Sequence record: DRR378314_1044
Strand: one strand, 5' to 3'
DNA: 64,000 bases
Shown here: positions 60,595 through 64,000 of the stretch, in pieces
Layout: each line of letters opens with the position of its first letter
Numbering within the stretch: position 1 is the stretch's first letter
Position numbers and translations under genes: made by a program
The notes under the pieces: generated by a model
Seen by the model: the letters and a program-made list of their open reading frames with translations, nothing else
Database searches by the model: none
What the model was told of the DNA's origin: nothing

Positions 60595-62277
60595 TCAGTC
60601 GCGGGATGCTATTTCAGATAGATCCCGGCGCAGAACTTTTCCTAGTGGGTTGCGCGGCAAACTCGGAACAACAATCAGCTTCTCTGGTAACTTGTACACG
60701 GAGATTTCTTTTGACTTCAAAAAATCCACCAGGATCTCCAAGTCGATATCCGCATCTGGCTGGGTAACCACCACAGCGCAGACGCGCTCCCCCAGCCGAT
60801 CGTCCGGATAAGCTGCGCAGGCAGCTTCCTTCACGGCGGGGTGGCTCTCGATAAGACTATCCAGTTCAGCCGGAGAAATGTTCACCCCGCCCCGGATGAT
60901 GATTTCCTTGGACCTGCCAACGAATTGATAGAAACGGCCACCCTCTGCTGTCGAAATTTCGAACAAATCGCCAGTCTTGAAATAGCCCTGATCATCGAAT
61001 GCTTGCGCTGTCAGCTCAGCATTGTTCCAGTATCCATCAAACACCATCGCCCCATCAATACGCAACTCTCCAGGCATGCCGGGCCCGCTGATGTCTTCTC
61101 CGGTCTCCAAGTCTACCAAGCGTGTTCTTATGCGTTTTGGAAAGTCCATCTCCCACTCCAGCCCGGGCACGCCAAACCTTGGAAACAGAGCCGCGCGCAT
61201 CTCAGGATCACCCACAACAACGGGCGTTGAGATAAGAGAACATCCCTCGTTCGATCCGAATACGTTCATGATCGACACGCTGTACTGCTCCTGCCACGCT
61301 TTCACCATGAAGGGAGGTAGCGGCGCTGATCCGGAGGCAATACATTTGACTTGTCCGAAATCAATGCCGTTCAGCAATTCCGGTTTCTTCAACAACATCG
61401 TCAAAATCGCAGGGGGCGCGACCGTGTAATTAATCCCTTCCGCCTGGAACTGTTGCAGAAAGACCGCTAAATCGAATGGATGGTGTTGCACCAGACAACC
61501 ACGACAAAGCAACCAAGGGACAACCATTCCTCCAAACGCCGCGATGTTGATAAGCGGAAAGGGGTTTAGAATGCGATCCCCCTCGCCCAACATGGCTGCT
61601 TCAACCATGCACTCACCATTAAAGACCCAATGCGCATGATGCCGCGGTACGCCCTTTGGGTCCGCTTCTGTCCCGGACGTCCAGCAAATCGTCGCAACTT
61701 CTCCCGAATGCAATTCTGGATCCGCCAGCTGAACATTTACAGCCGCCGATTGTGCACTTTCCAGAGACTGAAAAATCTCGCCTTCCCCAACACAAATAAC
61801 AGGGCCGTCGTATACTCCTTGATCTGAAAGCTCTTTCATCTGTTTGGCGTGATCGCATCCGTGAAAATCTCTCACGGTCAAAACCAAAGATGGCTCCAAT
61901 TGCTTGATCACCGACGTCAATTCATGTTTTCGAAATGCCATCGCAACCGGACTGAGTATTGCACCAATTCGCGCACATGCGAGAAAAGCGAGAACACCCT
62001 CAACAATGTTGGGCAATTGGGTGAGCACGACATCATCACGACCAACACCAGCGGACACAAAAGCCTTGGCCATCGCATCAACACTCTGATCCACTTCGTG
62101 AAATGTTAAACGCTGTGGCTCGTCTCCCAGCAAAAGGACCCTATTGGAAGGGTCTACCAACGCCAACTGATCGCCGCAGCTAGATACCGCTTCCTTTAAC
62201 AGATCGTCGATTGTCCGCTTACCCCACCATCCTCTTGATCTGTATTCTTCCAGACGCGCCTGTGGTGTGATTTGCAT
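60595..62277 (-). CDS. AMP-dependent acyl-CoA ligase (class I adenylate-forming)
   Basis: WTSGTEADPKG, FGSNEG, TGD, RGGVNISP, RNPLGK. Confidence 0.9.
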   Translation of the reverse strand: MQITPQARLEEYRSRGWWGKRTIDDLLKEAVSSCGDQLALVDPSNRVLLLGDEPQRLTFHEVDQSVDAMAKAFVSAGVGRDDVVLTQLPNIVEGVLAFLACARIGAILSPVAMAFRKHELTSVIKQLEPSLVLTVRDFHGCDHAKQMKELSDQGVYDGPVICVGEGEIFQSLESAQSAAVNVQLADPELHSGEVATICWTSGTEADPKGVPRHHAHWVFNGECMVEAAMLGEGDRILNPFPLINIAAFGGMVVPWLLCRGCLVQHHPFDLAVFLQQFQAEGINYTVAPPAILTMLLKKPELLNGIDFGQVKCIASGSAPLPPFMVKAWQEQYSVSIMNVFGSNEGCSLISTPVVVGDPEMRAALFPRFGVPGLEWEMDFPKRIRTRLVDLETGEDISGPGMPGELRIDGAMVFDGYWNNAELTAQAFDDQGYFKTGDLFEISTAEGGRFYQFVGRSKEIIIRGGVNISPAELDSLIESHPAVKEAACAAYPDDRLGERVCAVVVTQPDADIDLEILVDFLKSKEISVYKLPEKLIVVPSLPRNPLGKVLRRDLSEIASRD

Positions 62278-62368
62278 ATTTTCTTCTCCCCGATAGCTCG
62301 CACAACTGCCGTGTACGTTTATGAATAGATGGGCTCAGCGCGTGTTTTTCGCACCTCGAGAGTTCCTT

Positions 62369-63436
62369 TCAACCACGCACCTCAAATGGCGTCGCTAAAG
62401 GCAATGACACGAGACCAGCAGGTGCCTCTATGAGCGTTGGAATAGCGTTGACCACAGTACCCGCAACGGCCATCTGTTCCGCGCTTGTGCGGCCCGGAAT
62501 ACCTTCAGGGCGCTCGACCCCAAATGAAATCGCTACGTTGGGGATTCCCTTAACCTCGAGCTTCCACAAGTCTTTGTCACCACCGTTGACATGCTCATCA
62601 TTCATCGCCCACGCAATGGACAAAAAGACTTTCTCTTCTCCGCCAATCATGCCTCTCCAGCGCCAATCTATATGACTGGCAGTCCCCTTGCGGATTTTAC
62701 CAGCACGAACTTCGAGATCACGTCCAGAAGGCAGCATACGATGTTTTCTCTTTATCTCGTCCAGTTGCCAGCCCAAGGAGTGTGCAACCGACGCGACAAC
62801 ATCCTCGAACATTGCATTCAGTGTTCGCGCCGGCGCCCATTCGTCGCTGTTCATGTCCACCGAACCGACTTCTTTACCGAAACCCAGCAAATCAAAAACG
62901 TATTCAGGGCTCGCGATTTCGTCGGTTAGAACCACTTCGCTGAGGGACACCGACGATACGGCGGAGCAAACGCTCGTTGCGGTAACGAGTAAGCGCTCAG
63001 CTGCGAAGCCTGGATTCAATCCTGTTCCTGCAAAACTGACGCCACCCTCCTCGCAAGCTGCTTGGAGTTTGTCTCGCCGCGCTTTCGACCAATTCGGATA
63101 GAACGTGTTTCCATTGATGCTAAGTACATTTTTTCCTGACTTTAGCAGTCTCACAATGTCATCATCGTGACTGTCATGCGTAGCACCTAGACGCGCAGCG
63201 TGAACCACAAGATCCGCATCCAGCGCGACAATATCCTCAATGTCATTTGAAGCCAGAATTCCAGTTTCAGGACGATTTGCAATCTTGCCGGCATCGGAAC
63301 CGGACTTCTTCGGACTGTACACATACAAACCGACCAGATGCAGATCGGGCCGGTCAATGATGGCACGCAGGCACGACTTTCCCATCGCGCCCGTAGCCCA
63401 TTGAATGACTTTGTACTGCCTGGACCCACCATTCAT
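62369..63436 (-). CDS. NAD(P)-dependent amine dehydrogenase-like protein (2,4-diaminopentanoate dehydrogenase/DapB-like N-domain)
   Basis: VIQWATGAMG, K.G.DAG, L.SGKNV, TGLNPGF, VNAIP. Confidence 0.78.
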   Translation of the reverse strand: MNGGSRQYKVIQWATGAMGKSCLRAIIDRPDLHLVGLYVYSPKKSGSDAGKIANRPETGILASNDIEDIVALDADLVVHAARLGATHDSHDDDIVRLLKSGKNVLSINGNTFYPNWSKARRDKLQAACEEGGVSFAGTGLNPGFAAERLLVTATSVCSAVSSVSLSEVVLTDEIASPEYVFDLLGFGKEVGSVDMNSDEWAPARTLNAMFEDVVASVAHSLGWQLDEIKRKHRMLPSGRDLEVRAGKIRKGTASHIDWRWRGMIGGEEKVFLSIAWAMNDEHVNGGDKDLWKLEVKGIPNVAISFGVERPEGIPGRTSAEQMAVAGTVVNAIPTLIEAPAGLVSLPLATPFEVRG

Positions 63437-63522
63437 AATCCGTCGCCCTTCTCTTGATCCGATCTGGATACTTCAGAGCCACAATGGTGGGTTTAGTTAT
63501 GAAAGTCTATAGTACGATTTGC

Positions 63523-64000
63523 TCAGGAATTGTTTTTCTCGACCAATTCATACGTCACCTCATGAGGCAACATCGGCTCCAGACAGTCTGAACAACCGAC
63601 ATAGGCATCGAGAGGATTACCGCAGAGTTTGTGGCGAAGAATAACTGGAGCCCCTTCAGGAGAGGCATAATACGTATCGCCCCACTTCTGGAGCATCACC
63701 AGCACAGGGTAATAATCCAAGCCCTTCTCGGTGAGAAGGTATTCAAATCGCTCAGGATTGTCCCGGTACTTATGAGGAATGATGATGCCGGTTTCCTCCA
63801 ACCAGCTCAACCGATCAGATAGTATGTTTGACGCAATCGCCGTGTCTTTCAGGATCTCATCGAACTTTCGAAGGTGCGTGAAGATAGACCGGAGGATGAG
63901 CCCAGCCCACCTGTCTCCCATCAATTCGGCCGATGCTGTAAAAAGTAGCGACTCTCTCGCGGGTTGATCGGCATCGCGGCGTTGCCGGCGACGACTGTAG
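63523..64000 (-). CDS. HxlR family wHTH regulator (partial, probably tandem-domain)
   Basis: MGDRWAGLILR, ILSDRL, EYLLTEKG, QKWGD, H..C..C..C; frame stays open to the window end (YSRRRQRRDA linker). Confidence 0.88.
   Translation of the reverse strand, partial: YSRRRQRRDADQPARESLLFTASAELMGDRWAGLILRSIFTHLRKFDEILKDTAIASNILSDRLSWLEETGIIIPHKYRDNPERFEYLLTEKGLDYYPVLVMLQKWGDTYYASPEGAPVILRHKLCGNPLDAYVGCSDCLEPMLPHEVTYELVEKNNS

Noticed and set aside
1-64000. CRISPR array, retron/RT, toxin-antitoxin or defence genes
   Set aside because: No spaced repeats or recognisable motifs seen by eye; a GNAT-toxin reading of 50-682 is unsupported because the partner is not a small RHH-type antitoxin

Overview
Alphaproteobacterial chromosome segment, probably Caulobacterales/Hyphomonadaceae (inferred from gene order and protein style). 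Left half (1-35 kb): mostly core genes (tRNA-Phe 3' end, trmJ-like, icd, gmk-yicC-mltG-fabF-acpP-fabG-fabD, rpsF-rpsR-rplI-dnaB, msrB, ptrB, tRNA-Pro-merR-ihfA-fabH-plsX, bamE) interleaved with acyl-CoA/lipid catabolic genes. It also holds an uncharacterised tandem GNAT-fold + LysR module right after tRNA-Phe, a 39-aa membrane microprotein coupled to gmk, and an orphan NepR-like anti-sigma gene. Right half (35-64 kb): accessory mosaic with a CoA-transferase frameshifted in a G9 run; a LacI-controlled sucrose/fructoside locus (TBDR, GH68/GH32-like hydrolase, MFS, ROK fructokinase, three TGCAATCGATTGCA-type operators); orphan otsA; arsR/acr3; a Fur-box-marked metal-uptake module (TBDR, ExbB-ExbD-ExbD-TonB, ApbE-DUF2271 fusion, DUF4198, EF-hand lipoprotein); and a catabolic cluster (HxlR, amine-dehydrogenase-like, CoA ligase, TBDR, tandem LEH-fold lipoprotein, SnoaL, MFS). 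No integrase, transposase, CRISPR array or rRNA was seen. Best candidates for an undescribed system: the flavinylation-linked iron module, the GNAT-GNAT-LysR module, the orphan NepR locus and the LEH-lipoprotein cluster. All family assignments are by motif recognition, not database search.
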